Source: an uncultured delta proteobacterium
GTDB lineage: Bacteria > Desulfobacterota > Binatia > UBA9968
NCBI GenBank assembly: GCA_963737905.1
Contig: CAVTUQ010000012.1
Location: 96,001-160,000, forward strand
DNA length: 64,000 bases
Direction of reading: 5' to 3'
The notes under the pieces are model-generated. The model had not been told where the DNA came from. It saw only the letters and a program-made list of their open reading frames with translations, and ran no database searches. This document shows, in pieces, positions 40,183 to 50,725 of the stretch; positions within the stretch are counted from its first letter, which is position 1, and the number at the start of each line of letters is the position of its first letter. A program made the translations under genes and the position numbers.

Positions 40183-41228
40183 GCTACGACGTCGTCGAAT
40201 GGGGTAAGCCGCTCGAGAAGACTGAGCGCGAAACACCGGCGCCGAAGGGCAGCGAGGTGCTGCTCAAACTCAAGTATTGTGGCGTGTGCCACAGCGACGT
40301 GCATATCCGGGACGGCTATTTCGACCTGGGCGGCAGCAAACGACTGCCCATGAGCGAGCGCGGCATGACCTTACCCGCAACTTTGGGGCATGAGCCCTAC
40401 GGCAAGGTTGTCGCTGCGGGACCCGAGGCCGGTGATGTTGCGATCGGAGCAGATCGACTCGTCTACCCATGGACAGGCTGCGGGGCGTGCGCGCGCTGCC
40501 GCGAGGGATTGGATAACTTCTGCATGGCGCCGCACTGCATGGGTCTTCAGTGTCCGGGCGGATATGCGGATCATCTCCTGGTGCCTCACCCGCGCTATCT
40601 TGTCGATAGTAGCGGTATTGATCCGGCTTGGGCGGCGACGCTATCTTGTTCGGGGCTGGCCGCTTATTCCGCCGTGTCGAAGTTGAATCCCCTCCCGCGG
40701 CAAGAATGGGTGATCGTGACAGGCGCGGGCGGACTCGGACTGTCCGTCATCTCTATTTTGCGGGCGCTGTCCCACGAGTGCATTATTGCGGTGGATATCG
40801 ATAACGCCAAGCTAAATGCGGCAAAAAAGGTAGGCGCTGCTTTAGTTGTGAATAGCCGCGATCAAGATGTCGCAGAGAAAATAAGACAGATCGCCGGCGG
40901 ACTCTTATACGGGGCGGTGGATTTGGTGGGCACCGCCGAGACGGCCAGTTTTTCTCTCGACGTTCTGCGCAAGGGCGGCCGGTTGATCCTTGTCGGCTTG
41001 TACGGCGGTGTGATTCCGCTGTCGCTGGTGAGGACGATTCAACGCGCGATCACGATCCAGGGCTCCCACCTCGGTAGTGTCCATGAGTTGAAGCAGGTCC
41101 TTGCACTCGCGCGCGAGGGCAAACTCCAGCCGATCCCAATCCGGAGGCGGCCGCTGTCGGAAGTCAGCCGCACTCTCGATGAGCTGAAAGCGGGAGCTGT
41201 TGTCGGCCGGGTAGTGGTTGAGATGTAG
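40176..41228 (+). CDS. Zinc-dependent alcohol dehydrogenase
   Basis: CGVCHSD, GHE, CGACARC...NFC, GAGGLG. Confidence 0.93.
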   Translation: MLSYDVVEWGKPLEKTERETPAPKGSEVLLKLKYCGVCHSDVHIRDGYFDLGGSKRLPMSERGMTLPATLGHEPYGKVVAAGPEAGDVAIGADRLVYPWTGCGACARCREGLDNFCMAPHCMGLQCPGGYADHLLVPHPRYLVDSSGIDPAWAATLSCSGLAAYSAVSKLNPLPRQEWVIVTGAGGLGLSVISILRALSHECIIAVDIDNAKLNAAKKVGAALVVNSRDQDVAEKIRQIAGGLLYGAVDLVGTAETASFSLDVLRKGGRLILVGLYGGVIPLSLVRTIQRAITIQGSHLGSVHELKQVLALAREGKLQPIPIRRRPLSEVSRTLDELKAGAVVGRVVVEM

Positions 41229-41267
41229 GGAGGCCGAGGCTATTCCCTATTCACCGGCAACGACTAA

Positions 41268-41417
41268 ACGACGACGGCGGGAATATGGATGACCGCGGCG
41301 GTTGGAATTGCCGCTGGTTTGGGACGCTTGGGGCTCGCCTTGGTGAGTACGATTCTGACATGGATAACACTCTCTCTCATGGGAAAAATAGAGACTTGGA
41401 TGAATGAAAAACAATGA
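41268..41417 (+). pseudogene. MgtC/SapB C-terminal remnant
   Basis: Unstarted frame TTAGIWMTAAVGIAAGLGRLGLALVSTILTW. Confidence 0.6.
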
Positions 41418-41606
41418 CGAGGGCAGGTTGAATTTTCTTGCTAATCACTTGGGAATCACAATACAATCATTTTTCCGCACCCCGCTGTTGGGCGGGCGTG
41501 AATCGTACTCTAGAGTGGACAATGCCACCGCGCTTGCTGGTGCGGTGGGTAAGATGAACGCGATAAAGGAATTTCGCATCTCTTCCACCCAAGACCGGGT
41601 GTTTCA

Positions 41607-42002
41607 ATGATTTCGCCATTTTATATGTACGCCGGCGTCGTCATTTTACTGATGACCTTAGGGCGAGTCGTTTGGCATCGTGGCAGCAAACCAGTGGATT
41701 GGGGCTTGATTGTTGCGTTCATTCGGCTAGACTTTCCCTCGCATCAACGGGACCTCGCGCAGAAGATAGCCGCGGGACTGGCAGAGATCGTCGGACTGAA
41801 GATTAAACAACTCCGCCCCGAACACACGATCAAACAAATTGCTGATTGGACGACCGATCCCGTAACGGGAATGGATTTGATCAAGATATTTCATGCGGCG
41901 TTCAACATCACGTGTAGTGAGGAAACAACATTTCGAACGCTCGTGGAAATGATTGCCTTAAAACAAATGGAGGCCGGCAAGGATGACGCGCTCAAAACCT
42001 AA
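41607..42002 (+). CDS. Hypothetical protein with N-terminal TM helix
   Basis: 131-aa ORF ending 3 nt before the next gene. Confidence 0.55.
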   Translation: MISPFYMYAGVVILLMTLGRVVWHRGSKPVDWGLIVAFIRLDFPSHQRDLAQKIAAGLAEIVGLKIKQLRPEHTIKQIADWTTDPVTGMDLIKIFHAAFNITCSEETTFRTLVEMIALKQMEAGKDDALKT

Positions 42003-42005
42003 CGG

Positions 42006-43016
42006 ATGGAGGTTGTGCTAGCGATGATGCTACGCGTTCTGACCGGTTTGATCGTTGTTTGTTTCGGTCTTGGTTCGACGGCCATGGCTCAATCGCCGCT
42101 GGAAAAACTGCGCGTGACCTATAGCGCCATCGGCGGTTCGCAAGCGTCGGTTTGGGTTCCCTATGAAGCAGGAATCTTCCGCAAACACGGCCTGGACGTC
42201 GAGCTTCTCTATGTCGGAGGCGGCGGTCGCGCCGCACAGGTGGTGCAATCGGGCGAGGTGCCGATCGGTATTTTCACCGGCGGCGCCGTGATCAACTCAA
42301 ATCTTGCGGGCGGCGACCTGGTGATGATCGCCAGTTCGATGAATGTTATGACGTTCGCGGTCATCGCCCGGCCTGAAATCCGCAGCGTCGAGGAACTGAA
42401 AGGGAAAAAGATCGGTATTTCACGTTTCGGCTCAGCTACCGACTTTGGCCTGCGCTATGCTGAACGACAATGGCCGATCAAGCGGCAGCGCGATTTTGCC
42501 GTGATCCAGATAGGAGGCATGCCCGAGCAATTGACCGCCCTTAGAACCAAAGCGTTGGATGCTGCCGTGCTCAATGCAGAGCTTACGATTGTCGCGCGCA
42601 AGGAAGGGTTTAGAGAACTGACCAACTTGGCCAAGGTCGGTCTCAATTTTCCCACGTCCTCCATTGTCACGACGCGTTCCTTCATCAAGCGCAACGAAAA
42701 CACGGTGCGGAAATTTGTCCGCGGTTATGTCGAAGGAGTGCACTACGGCAAGACGCAGCGGGCCTTCGGCGTTCAGGTGCTGAAAAAATATTTGAGGAAC
42801 GACGACACTGCCTTCGTTAACGATCTCTATGATCTTTATATCCTGCAGAACATCCCGCAAATTCCGCGACCTTCACCCGAAGCCTTGAAAACCGTCTTGG
42901 ACCAGATGGCTGAATCCGATTCCCGAGTGGCGAGCCTGCGTCCGGAGCAGTTTATCGACGCCCGCTTTTTCCAAGATTTGGAAAAAGAGGGTTTCCTACA
43001 ACGTCTTTGGAAGTAA
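42006..43016 (+). CDS. ABC substrate-binding protein, NMT1 family
   Basis: GIFRKHGLDVEL, ELKGKKIGISRFGSATD. Confidence 0.9.
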   Translation: MEVVLAMMLRVLTGLIVVCFGLGSTAMAQSPLEKLRVTYSAIGGSQASVWVPYEAGIFRKHGLDVELLYVGGGGRAAQVVQSGEVPIGIFTGGAVINSNLAGGDLVMIASSMNVMTFAVIARPEIRSVEELKGKKIGISRFGSATDFGLRYAERQWPIKRQRDFAVIQIGGMPEQLTALRTKALDAAVLNAELTIVARKEGFRELTNLAKVGLNFPTSSIVTTRSFIKRNENTVRKFVRGYVEGVHYGKTQRAFGVQVLKKYLRNDDTAFVNDLYDLYILQNIPQIPRPSPEALKTVLDQMAESDSRVASLRPEQFIDARFFQDLEKEGFLQRLWK

Positions 43017-43179
43017 AGATTACCGAGACATCCTGGTTTTCGACTGGGGTAGACATCTCGCGATTCCGCGAGCACTTCATGAGTCTGCTTGCGGCGGTTT
43101 CCCATCGAGGTTCCCTTTGTGGCTTTGCCGGGGGCGGTCCGGTTGCTATCTCGGCTCGCGGATAGCGGAGTGTATTAGG

Positions 43180-43773
43180 ATGAGTCGTTTAAGGGGAAAT
43201 ATCTGTGTCTTCACCGGATCGCGCGCCGGCAGGCGATCCGATTATGTGGATGCGGCACGGGGAATCGGCCGCGAGCTTGTCGAGCGCGGTTATGGCTTGG
43301 TGTACGGCGGCGGCAATGTCGGTCTTATGACCGTCGTCGCCGATACCGTGCTGGAATATCATGGTTACGTTACCGGCGTGATTCCGGAAGCTTTGGTTGA
43401 GAAAGAAGTCGTCCACCGGGGGCTCTCGGAGTTGCAGATTGTGCCGTCGATGCACGAGCGGAAAGCTACAATGGCCGAGCTGTCGGACGGCTTTGTCGCT
43501 TTGCCGGGCGGTCTTGGAACAATGGAAGAGTTTTTCGAAGTCTTAAGCTGGGCTCAACTCGGGATTCACAATAAGCCCTGTGGATTGTTAAATGTGTGCG
43601 GCTACTATGAGCGGATCGTTCAGTTTCTCGACTACGCGGTCGAGCAGGATTTCCTCAAACCAAAACATCGCGGGCTGCTGATTGTGGAAGCAGAGCCGCG
43701 CCCATTGCTTGACCGTTTCGAACAGTTCATCGCGACACATGCGACCCAGCGATTCGACCCGACCAAGACTTGA
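43180..43773 (+). CDS. LOG-family phosphoribohydrolase
   Basis: LVYGGGNVGLM, MHERK, PGGLGTMEE. Confidence 0.93.
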   Translation: MSRLRGNICVFTGSRAGRRSDYVDAARGIGRELVERGYGLVYGGGNVGLMTVVADTVLEYHGYVTGVIPEALVEKEVVHRGLSELQIVPSMHERKATMAELSDGFVALPGGLGTMEEFFEVLSWAQLGIHNKPCGLLNVCGYYERIVQFLDYAVEQDFLKPKHRGLLIVEAEPRPLLDRFEQFIATHATQRFDPTKT

Positions 43774-43827
43774 GGGTGGGACCGCGCCGAGCCACACGTT
43801 CAACTCTTTCGGCGGGCTTTGCGATCC

Positions 43828-44886
43828 TTATTGAATGAAGAGTTTTTTAATCTGCTCGATTACTTCGGGTGGCTGGGTCATGACTTCCTTCGCCATCGAC
43901 TGCAGTTGCTCGCCCCGCACAGGAGTAACGTCCATGCGAAGCTTCTTTGCCTCAGCCAGAAGTTCAGGGTCCTTGACGGCCTTGTCGAAGGCGGCCCGGA
44001 GGATGGCAACACGGTCCGCGGGCGTTCCCGGACCCACCATGTAGGGGCGTGCCCATTCGCCTCCCTGGAGCAGAGCCTCGGCGACGCGACGCTTGGTGGC
44101 GGATGTTTTGTATTCATCCATTAATTCATAAATCGTCGGTGCCTCTTCGACCCGCGGCTGTCGTTTGTGACCGCTCTGCGCGAGGAAGCGGACGAATTTG
44201 GTTTTGAGCCAGCTCAAAAACGGCTCACGCCCAAAGTACGTAGAAATCGTGAGCCCCATGCATGCGACCTCGCCTCGCTCAAGCGCGATGGCGATTTCGC
44301 TGCTGCCGGGATAGCCGGTGACGGCGGTGACCTTGGCTCCGATGGTCTCTTCCAGGATCTTCGACATGACGTAGTCCGAACTTCCGACTCCAGTGGAGCC
44401 GCACTTGGGAGGCTCTTTCGCTCGGACGATATCGCCCATGGATTTGAAGGACGCATCGGCTCGCCCGAAAAGAATCATGTCGTCGTTTTCTAGAGAACCG
44501 ATCCATTGGAATTTCGGAAGGTCAAACTGCACTTCTTTTTGTCCCGAAAGCTGGCCCAGATATACGTTGTTGTGCGGCGCGAGAATCGTCAACCCGTCCG
44601 GCTTGGCGACGCCCCACACATAGTTCGCAGCCGTGACCGAGCTCGCGCCCGGCATATTCTGGACCACAACGTCCGGGCTCCCCGGTATATATTTGGCGAT
44701 ATGCCTGGCCACCATTCGTGCCGCCCGGTCATATCCTCCGCCGCTGCTGAGCCCCACGATGATACGGATCTGTTTTCCCTTGTAGAAGGGTTCACCTTGG
44801 GCTCTGACTGGAGATGCAAAAAACGGCAAAACTAATATAAGCGACAAAGAGAAAAACAGAGTCGTCAAGAATCTGGGATTTTTCAT
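43828..44886 (-). CDS. Tripartite tricarboxylate transporter substrate-binding protein (TctC/Bug)
   Basis: IIVG.S.GGGYD, VVQNMPGA, KPDGLT, GYPGS, PGTPADR. Confidence 0.9.
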   Translation of the reverse strand: MKNPRFLTTLFFSLSLILVLPFFASPVRAQGEPFYKGKQIRIIVGLSSGGGYDRAARMVARHIAKYIPGSPDVVVQNMPGASSVTAANYVWGVAKPDGLTILAPHNNVYLGQLSGQKEVQFDLPKFQWIGSLENDDMILFGRADASFKSMGDIVRAKEPPKCGSTGVGSSDYVMSKILEETIGAKVTAVTGYPGSSEIAIALERGEVACMGLTISTYFGREPFLSWLKTKFVRFLAQSGHKRQPRVEEAPTIYELMDEYKTSATKRRVAEALLQGGEWARPYMVGPGTPADRVAILRAAFDKAVKDPELLAEAKKLRMDVTPVRGEQLQSMAKEVMTQPPEVIEQIKKLFIQ

Positions 44887-45096
44887 AACAACCTTTCGCG
44901 GTAATCAAAACCGAGCATCGCGGCAAAATTTCCAGTGATCTGCCGAGCGTGACTAAAAAAAACAGAATTTATGGCCCAGTCTAACGGGTGCTTCGCTGGG
45001 TCACCGTAATATAGCGCCGAAGGTTGACTTGTCAAGATTGTTGGATCAACTTTGGAAAAGCAGACGCCTCTTTCTTTGTCGCTAGGAGCCAAAGCA

Positions 45097-45288
45097 ATGA
45101 AAAGAACGGTGATCGGAGCCGTTTGGGGTATGGTATTGTACCTGATCGGCTATAGTCTCGTTGGCGCGATTCTAGGAAGCCCGGCGGCCGAACCCTGGAG
45201 ACCAATGATCGCGTTGCTCGCAGCCGCCTTGGCGGCAACCGGTAGTTGGAAAGGATGGTTACCGGGGACACAGAACTCGAAGGATTAA
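45097..45288 (+). CDS. Small two-TM membrane protein
   Basis: AGGAG RBS; two hydrophobic segments; ends GWLPGT. Confidence 0.5.
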   Translation: MKRTVIGAVWGMVLYLIGYSLVGAILGSPAAEPWRPMIALLAAALAATGSWKGWLPGTQNSKD

Positions 45289-45399
45289 ATGGGAGTGGAT
45301 GATGCCATTCACGATTTATTGTCTTCGACTTCTGGAGGAGCTTTATCAAAAAGGATCGTTGTCTGTTTCGATGGGACGCGGAACAAGCCAGCCGGCGCT

Positions 45400-47547
45400 T
45401 TAGCGAACTAACCCGAAGTCGATCTCGCTTCGGAAAGCGTTGATGCGGACGACTTTCACTCGCACGGCGTCGCCGAGGCGGAATTTTCGGCCGTGGCGGC
45501 TGCCTTTGATGACGTATTCCTTCTCGTAGTAGTGATAATCGTCGTCCGTTAGTGTAGAAACGCGCACGAGTCCCTCGACAAAATAGGCGTCTAGTTCCAC
45601 AAAAAACCCGAAGTTGGCCAGGCTGGTAATGACGCCAGCGAACTCCTCGCCCAACTTGTCCATCATGAACTGGGCTTTCTTAAGATCCACCATTTCACGC
45701 TCGGCGTCCATGGCGTTTCTTTCACGTTGGGATGTGTGCTTGCCGGCTTCTTGCAAATATTTCTCAAGCTCGTCGCGCTCGCTGGGTTTCAACTTGTCGC
45801 CCTGAAGGGCTCGATCCAGCATGCGGTGCACCATCAAATCGGGGTAGCGCCGGATGGGCGAAGTAAAGTGCGTGTAACAGATCGAAGCTAAGCCGAAGTG
45901 GCCGATATTTTCCGGTTGATAGTGGGCCTGTTTCATCGCGCGAAGCAAAACATGATTGATCACTTTTTCCTCAGGCTTCCCGCGGCAAGCCTCAAGAAGC
46001 CTTTGAATCTCCGGCGGCGTGATGGGTTCTCGTTTCATAGGCAAGCGATAGCCCAGACTGAGAAGGAACGGTGCGATGGCTTCCAGAGCCTCGGCATCCG
46101 GACCCTCATGGACGCGATAGAGCAACGGAAGGTCTTGCGCTTTGAGATGCCGGGCTACGGCCTCATTGGCGGCGATCATGAATTCTTCGATGATCCGGTG
46201 GGCAATGTTACGCTCGGCGCGCACGATATTCTCGGGCATCCCTTGAATGTCGAGGATGATTTCGGCCTCGGGGAGGTCAAAATCCAAGTTTCCTCGGGCT
46301 CTACGATTTTCGTAAATCAGCAGTGCCAGCTCTTCCATCAGTTTGAACTGATCCCCAAGATTTCGATAACGCTCTAAACACGCGGAGTCTTTGTCCACTA
46401 AAATCCGCCTGACGGCGGTATAGGTCATGCGTTCCTGGCTGCGAATCACTGAGTTGAAGAAGCGGCTGTGGACGACTTCGCCTTTGCTGTTGATTTCCAT
46501 GGCCACGGTCTTGGTCAGCCGATCCTCATTGGGGTTCAAGCTGCAGATGCCATTGGAGAGAACCTCAGGAAGCATCGGGATGGCTCTATCCGGAAAATAG
46601 ACGCTCGTAGCTCGGCTGAAGGCCTCTTGATCGATGGCGGTTCCCGGTCGAACGTAGAAGGCAACGTCGGCGATACAGACGAAAAGCTCGTAGCGGCCGT
46701 TTGTTTTTCGCACGCAAACGGCGTCGTCAAAGTCCCTAGCTAGCTCGCCGTCAATGGTGACGATCGGTAAATTTCTGAGATCGGTTCGCGCGGCAATCTC
46801 GCCAGGGCTAATGGAGAACGAGGCGCTCGCAATTTGCCGGCGGACCGGTTCAGGAAAGCTCGTCGCGAGACCGTATCGGAAGACGATCGATTGAGCCTGA
46901 ACCTCCGGATCATCGGGATTCCCCATCACCTGCACGAGTTCTCCCTCGGGTCCCGACATGGCCGTCCCGTAGCGGGAAATTTCCGCAGCGACGACTTTTC
47001 CCTTTTCCGGCTTAGCCTTGGTTTGGCGCAGCGGAATGGCGGTGGCGATTCGCGGATCCATCGGAATCAGATAGCCCCTGCCATCAAATTCATCGTAGGT
47101 GCCGATGAGCCGTTTCTGCGCGTGCTCGAGAATTTGCACGACGTGAGCTTCTACGCCGCCCTGTTTCTTTCGATCGGCGCGTACCATGACCCGGTCTCCG
47201 TGCATCACACGGCGCATTTCGCGGCGATTGAGGTAAAGATCCTCCACACTCTTATCGTCGGGAATGAGAAAACCGAAGCCGTCCGGGTGGGCGTGGACTC
47301 GTCCAATGACCAGGTTCTGTGCGTCCGGCAGCGCGTAGTGATTTTTCTTCAAGCGAACGATTCGGCCTTCGCGTGCGAGTTCCCTCAAGGCGTCGACAAT
47401 CTGCTGAAGTTCGGCGCGCCCAAATCCCCCGCGCTTCTGTATTTCGACGGGCGTCAACCGGGTTTTCGGTCTTTTGGCGAAGAGCTCCAGAATTCTCTTC
47501 TGCGTCCGTTCTGGAGCCAAAGCCGTGGGTGGAGAGTTAACCGTCAT
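45400..47547 (-). CDS. rnr: Ribonuclease R
   Basis: HPDGFGF, TIDG..ARDFDDA, IIEEFMIAANE, YTHFTSPIRRYPDL, C-terminal S1. Confidence 0.96.
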   Translation of the reverse strand: MTVNSPPTALAPERTQKRILELFAKRPKTRLTPVEIQKRGGFGRAELQQIVDALRELAREGRIVRLKKNHYALPDAQNLVIGRVHAHPDGFGFLIPDDKSVEDLYLNRREMRRVMHGDRVMVRADRKKQGGVEAHVVQILEHAQKRLIGTYDEFDGRGYLIPMDPRIATAIPLRQTKAKPEKGKVVAAEISRYGTAMSGPEGELVQVMGNPDDPEVQAQSIVFRYGLATSFPEPVRRQIASASFSISPGEIAARTDLRNLPIVTIDGELARDFDDAVCVRKTNGRYELFVCIADVAFYVRPGTAIDQEAFSRATSVYFPDRAIPMLPEVLSNGICSLNPNEDRLTKTVAMEINSKGEVVHSRFFNSVIRSQERMTYTAVRRILVDKDSACLERYRNLGDQFKLMEELALLIYENRRARGNLDFDLPEAEIILDIQGMPENIVRAERNIAHRIIEEFMIAANEAVARHLKAQDLPLLYRVHEGPDAEALEAIAPFLLSLGYRLPMKREPITPPEIQRLLEACRGKPEEKVINHVLLRAMKQAHYQPENIGHFGLASICYTHFTSPIRRYPDLMVHRMLDRALQGDKLKPSERDELEKYLQEAGKHTSQRERNAMDAEREMVDLKKAQFMMDKLGEEFAGVITSLANFGFFVELDAYFVEGLVRVSTLTDDDYHYYEKEYVIKGSRHGRKFRLGDAVRVKVVRINAFRSEIDFGLVR

Positions 47548-47604
47548 GAAAGCGCCAAAAAGCTACTGGCTTGCTGCCGGTGGGTAAGCACGGGGTCACT
47601 GGAG

Positions 47605-47874
47605 CTACGAAGACTCCGCCGACAGCTCTGTCATGAGCCAGTCATCGCCCACGTTCTCCGGGCGTGGGATTTCCACGATCGGCACGTCGCGGCGGATCGA
47701 GTCCAGAATGCTCCGTGCCGTGTCTAAAAAATCACCCATGGCCAGAAGCACGATGATTGCTTTCTTGCGGTCGACCGTTCGGATAATTCCCACTTCTTCG
47801 TAGGACTCGAAAATAAACTTCACATAGGCGATGTGTTCAGGAAACGTTTCGAGATAGATTTCTCGTAATTCCAT
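47605..47874 (-). CDS. DUF4911-like small protein
   Basis: IAYVKFIFESYEEVGIIRTVD. Confidence 0.75.
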   Translation of the reverse strand: MELREIYLETFPEHIAYVKFIFESYEEVGIIRTVDRKKAIIVLLAMGDFLDTARSILDSIRRDVPIVEIPRPENVGDDWLMTELSAESS

Positions 47875-47887
47875 AGCAACACAAGAA

Positions 47888-50557
47888 TCATTGCTTGAGC
47901 AATTGTTCGAGCGACTCCGGAAGCCAATTTTTTCTTTCGTTCTTGTCGATGCCCTTGCCACCGGACTCGGGAGGTTCGCCGGCCTTTTGCGGAAAACTCC
48001 GGCGCAACACTTGGGCCACTGCACGGTTTTCCGGTCTCACCTGGACATTGGGGAATTTGCCGTCTGCGCGGAAAGAGATGGACAGTCTTCCGCGGCGATC
48101 GAGCAGATAGCGGAACAATTTATACTCGCGCTGGAGTTCTTGCGTGATGCGGGGCGAAAAAACCAGCAGCCCATTCCATTGCGTCGTCCTGTCAAACCCG
48201 ATCCAGCCTGCTCCGGTGATCGTGTAGTCGGGAGTCACGAGTAACAGATCATCGGTGCGAATCCGTTCTCCCTCAACCTTGAAGTTGGCCTTGAGGGTGT
48301 CAAAGGGCGTATACCCGCGATCCACTAAGGCCGCGAGGCTGGGCGGGAGGCGCGATGGCCCCTTGGACGGGGAGTCGCCGCCTCCTCCGGGGATAATCTT
48401 CGCAATCAAATTGAAATCTTTAATTGTGCCGTCATGAATGACGCTCTCGCCCGATCCTTGAAGGGTTTCCGTGACCGGCGCCCCGTTTCGCGTTACGGCG
48501 TCGAACTCAGCGCGAAAGTTCAGTTGTCCTTCGAGTCGATTTTTTAGCTGGGGAAATTTTTGTTTTAGAACGGATCCCACATCGATCGATTCAATTCGAG
48601 GCTTAAACATGAAGCGTTGTGGCGGCTCGGTGGCAGCGGGCCAATATCCGTCGGAGCGAACCACCCCGTCGAAAGCCTGGAACGAGAGATTTTTGAAACT
48701 CATAGCCTTGGGCGACCACGTTACATCTCCATGCAGTTCCCGGTAAGGAATATCTTCCAGACTCCCTTCGGAAGAGGCAAGGGTTCCCTTGAGCGAAGGG
48801 GCGTCGTCCTGCCATTGAATTTCACCGATCGCGGTCACGTTCCTGATCCGGTTGGGTTTGCTAGCAGAAAAGGTGGGCAGATCCACCAGATTGATTTCCG
48901 GCGATCGTAATTGGTAACGTGCGCTTGGTTGGTTTATGTCTTTGATTTTGGCCACGACCGTAATAAGGGATGAACCCATACGAAAAGAACCATTTTCCAG
49001 GAGAGCTTCTTTTCCTAAAAACGAAATATCTGCTTTCAGACGGTCGATCTTTCTTCCGGTTTCCTTTTGCCTGAACTCGGCGTCGGCAAGACGCAGTTTC
49101 CCATGAACATTCCAGTCTTCCGGCGACGCAAAGTTCTTTCGCAATACAATGTCCCAATGAATGGTTCCACCCACATCTTGAAACGTCAGCGGAGAAACCA
49201 GCCGCCACCACGTTGGCAAATCGCTTGAATCACTGCGCAGCCTAAGTTGCAGGCGAGGTTCCGGTCCCTCTTCGACAACGCCTGAAAGTGTCATTTTGGA
49301 ATCGCCAAGACTTAACTCGGAGTCGTGAAGAACGAGTCCATTTTTTTGCCGCGAGATCTGAGCTCTGAGTTCAGCCGGACTACCCGGAGGCTTGCGGAGC
49401 CAATCCCGATAGCGAAATTCGCTCTTCTCCCCCTTGATCAAAACGCCCGCGCGCAAGTTACCCCAGGTTCCTTCGAACTGGCTATAGGCATTCACGGAAC
49501 CTTCTGTCGCTAGGGCAACGGGCAAAATTTGTGTGAGAAAGGGTAAGTTACGAAGTTGCATCAGATTGATCGAGCTCAAGGTCAGCCTTCCTTTGAGTTG
49601 CGCTTCTGCCCAGGGATGGCCTTCCGGAACTTCCATGGAACCTTCCAAAATGGCGTTGTAGTTTGAAGAGCCGAACAAAGGGATCTTCAGGGCAACGTCT
49701 GTGATTCGAGGGTGGCTGAAAGTGCCTCCAAGTCTTGCCTGGAGCGACAGAGGACCGGTTACCTCCAACTCGCGGGGAATTCTGTCTCTAAGAAAAGGTA
49801 AGGCGCGGGCGAGCAGCATAGCGGACAGGGAGTCGAAGCGCATTTCAAGCTCCACGGGTTGCTGCGACCAGTCATGGGGTTGCCGAAGCGGGCCCAACTC
49901 TCCATCGATCCTGACATCGTGACCTAGCCCCTCGGTCACCGCCGCAGCGAATTTAATGCTGGTCCTTTGTGAAGGATTGAGTCCTTTGATTTCCATCTCT
50001 ACGTTTTTGACGCGAATCTCCGCGGGCTCCTTGACCGAGCGGTCGATGAAATCAACCCGACCGTTCTTTACATTTATTTTCGCCACTAAAAAATATACTG
50101 TTACTAGCTTTCTTTCCGCTGAAGGCGTTTGTGATCTGGGCAAGGCTCTGGTTTCCTTCTTTTGGCCTGCCAACTCGGCCAGGTTCAACAGACCTCGCTC
50201 GTCCGTGATGATTTGGAATTCTGGCGCTTGGAAGGTCAATGAGTTGATGACAATTTTGCCGACCAATAGCGGCAGAAAGCTCACCCCCAGCCTTAATTCT
50301 TGTGCCCGGACGACTGGAGTCGCGGCAAAACGAGGATCGTCAGCAATGCGAAATTCCTTTGCAGAGAAGCCGAGCCCACCCCACAAGCTGGCCTCGAGGC
50401 GATCGAAGGTGGCGTCCTTGCCTAGAAATCTCTGCAGTTCTTGATGCACCTGTTCACGGTTCTTGGCCGCCAGTGTGTTGAAGGTCTTAATGAAAGCAAC
50501 TATCGCCACTCCAGACGCAATCAGAAAAAACAACAGAAATTTGTGCGATTTTCTCAT
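47888..50557 (-). CDS. AsmA-family protein
   Basis: N-terminal TM, IADDP.F, beta-rich repeats, C-terminal F..L.ANF.V...I.TDDL. Confidence 0.85.
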   Translation of the reverse strand: MRKSHKFLLFFLIASGVAIVAFIKTFNTLAAKNREQVHQELQRFLGKDATFDRLEASLWGGLGFSAKEFRIADDPRFAATPVVRAQELRLGVSFLPLLVGKIVINSLTFQAPEFQIITDERGLLNLAELAGQKKETRALPRSQTPSAERKLVTVYFLVAKINVKNGRVDFIDRSVKEPAEIRVKNVEMEIKGLNPSQRTSIKFAAAVTEGLGHDVRIDGELGPLRQPHDWSQQPVELEMRFDSLSAMLLARALPFLRDRIPRELEVTGPLSLQARLGGTFSHPRITDVALKIPLFGSSNYNAILEGSMEVPEGHPWAEAQLKGRLTLSSINLMQLRNLPFLTQILPVALATEGSVNAYSQFEGTWGNLRAGVLIKGEKSEFRYRDWLRKPPGSPAELRAQISRQKNGLVLHDSELSLGDSKMTLSGVVEEGPEPRLQLRLRSDSSDLPTWWRLVSPLTFQDVGGTIHWDIVLRKNFASPEDWNVHGKLRLADAEFRQKETGRKIDRLKADISFLGKEALLENGSFRMGSSLITVVAKIKDINQPSARYQLRSPEINLVDLPTFSASKPNRIRNVTAIGEIQWQDDAPSLKGTLASSEGSLEDIPYRELHGDVTWSPKAMSFKNLSFQAFDGVVRSDGYWPAATEPPQRFMFKPRIESIDVGSVLKQKFPQLKNRLEGQLNFRAEFDAVTRNGAPVTETLQGSGESVIHDGTIKDFNLIAKIIPGGGGDSPSKGPSRLPPSLAALVDRGYTPFDTLKANFKVEGERIRTDDLLLVTPDYTITGAGWIGFDRTTQWNGLLVFSPRITQELQREYKLFRYLLDRRGRLSISFRADGKFPNVQVRPENRAVAQVLRRSFPQKAGEPPESGGKGIDKNERKNWLPESLEQLLKQ

Positions 50558-50725
50558 GTGGCTGGTTCGTGCGAGCCCGACATCCTGTTTTTCGGAACTA
50601 CCCGATTGAAGAAGTATTTCGACGGTGAAGTGGGATCAACAGCATCGATCAGGGTTGCTCATATCCCTGATTCTCAGAACAGCGGAACACGGGGACCCGG
50701 TGGTCTTTGCTTCGGAAATTGTTGC

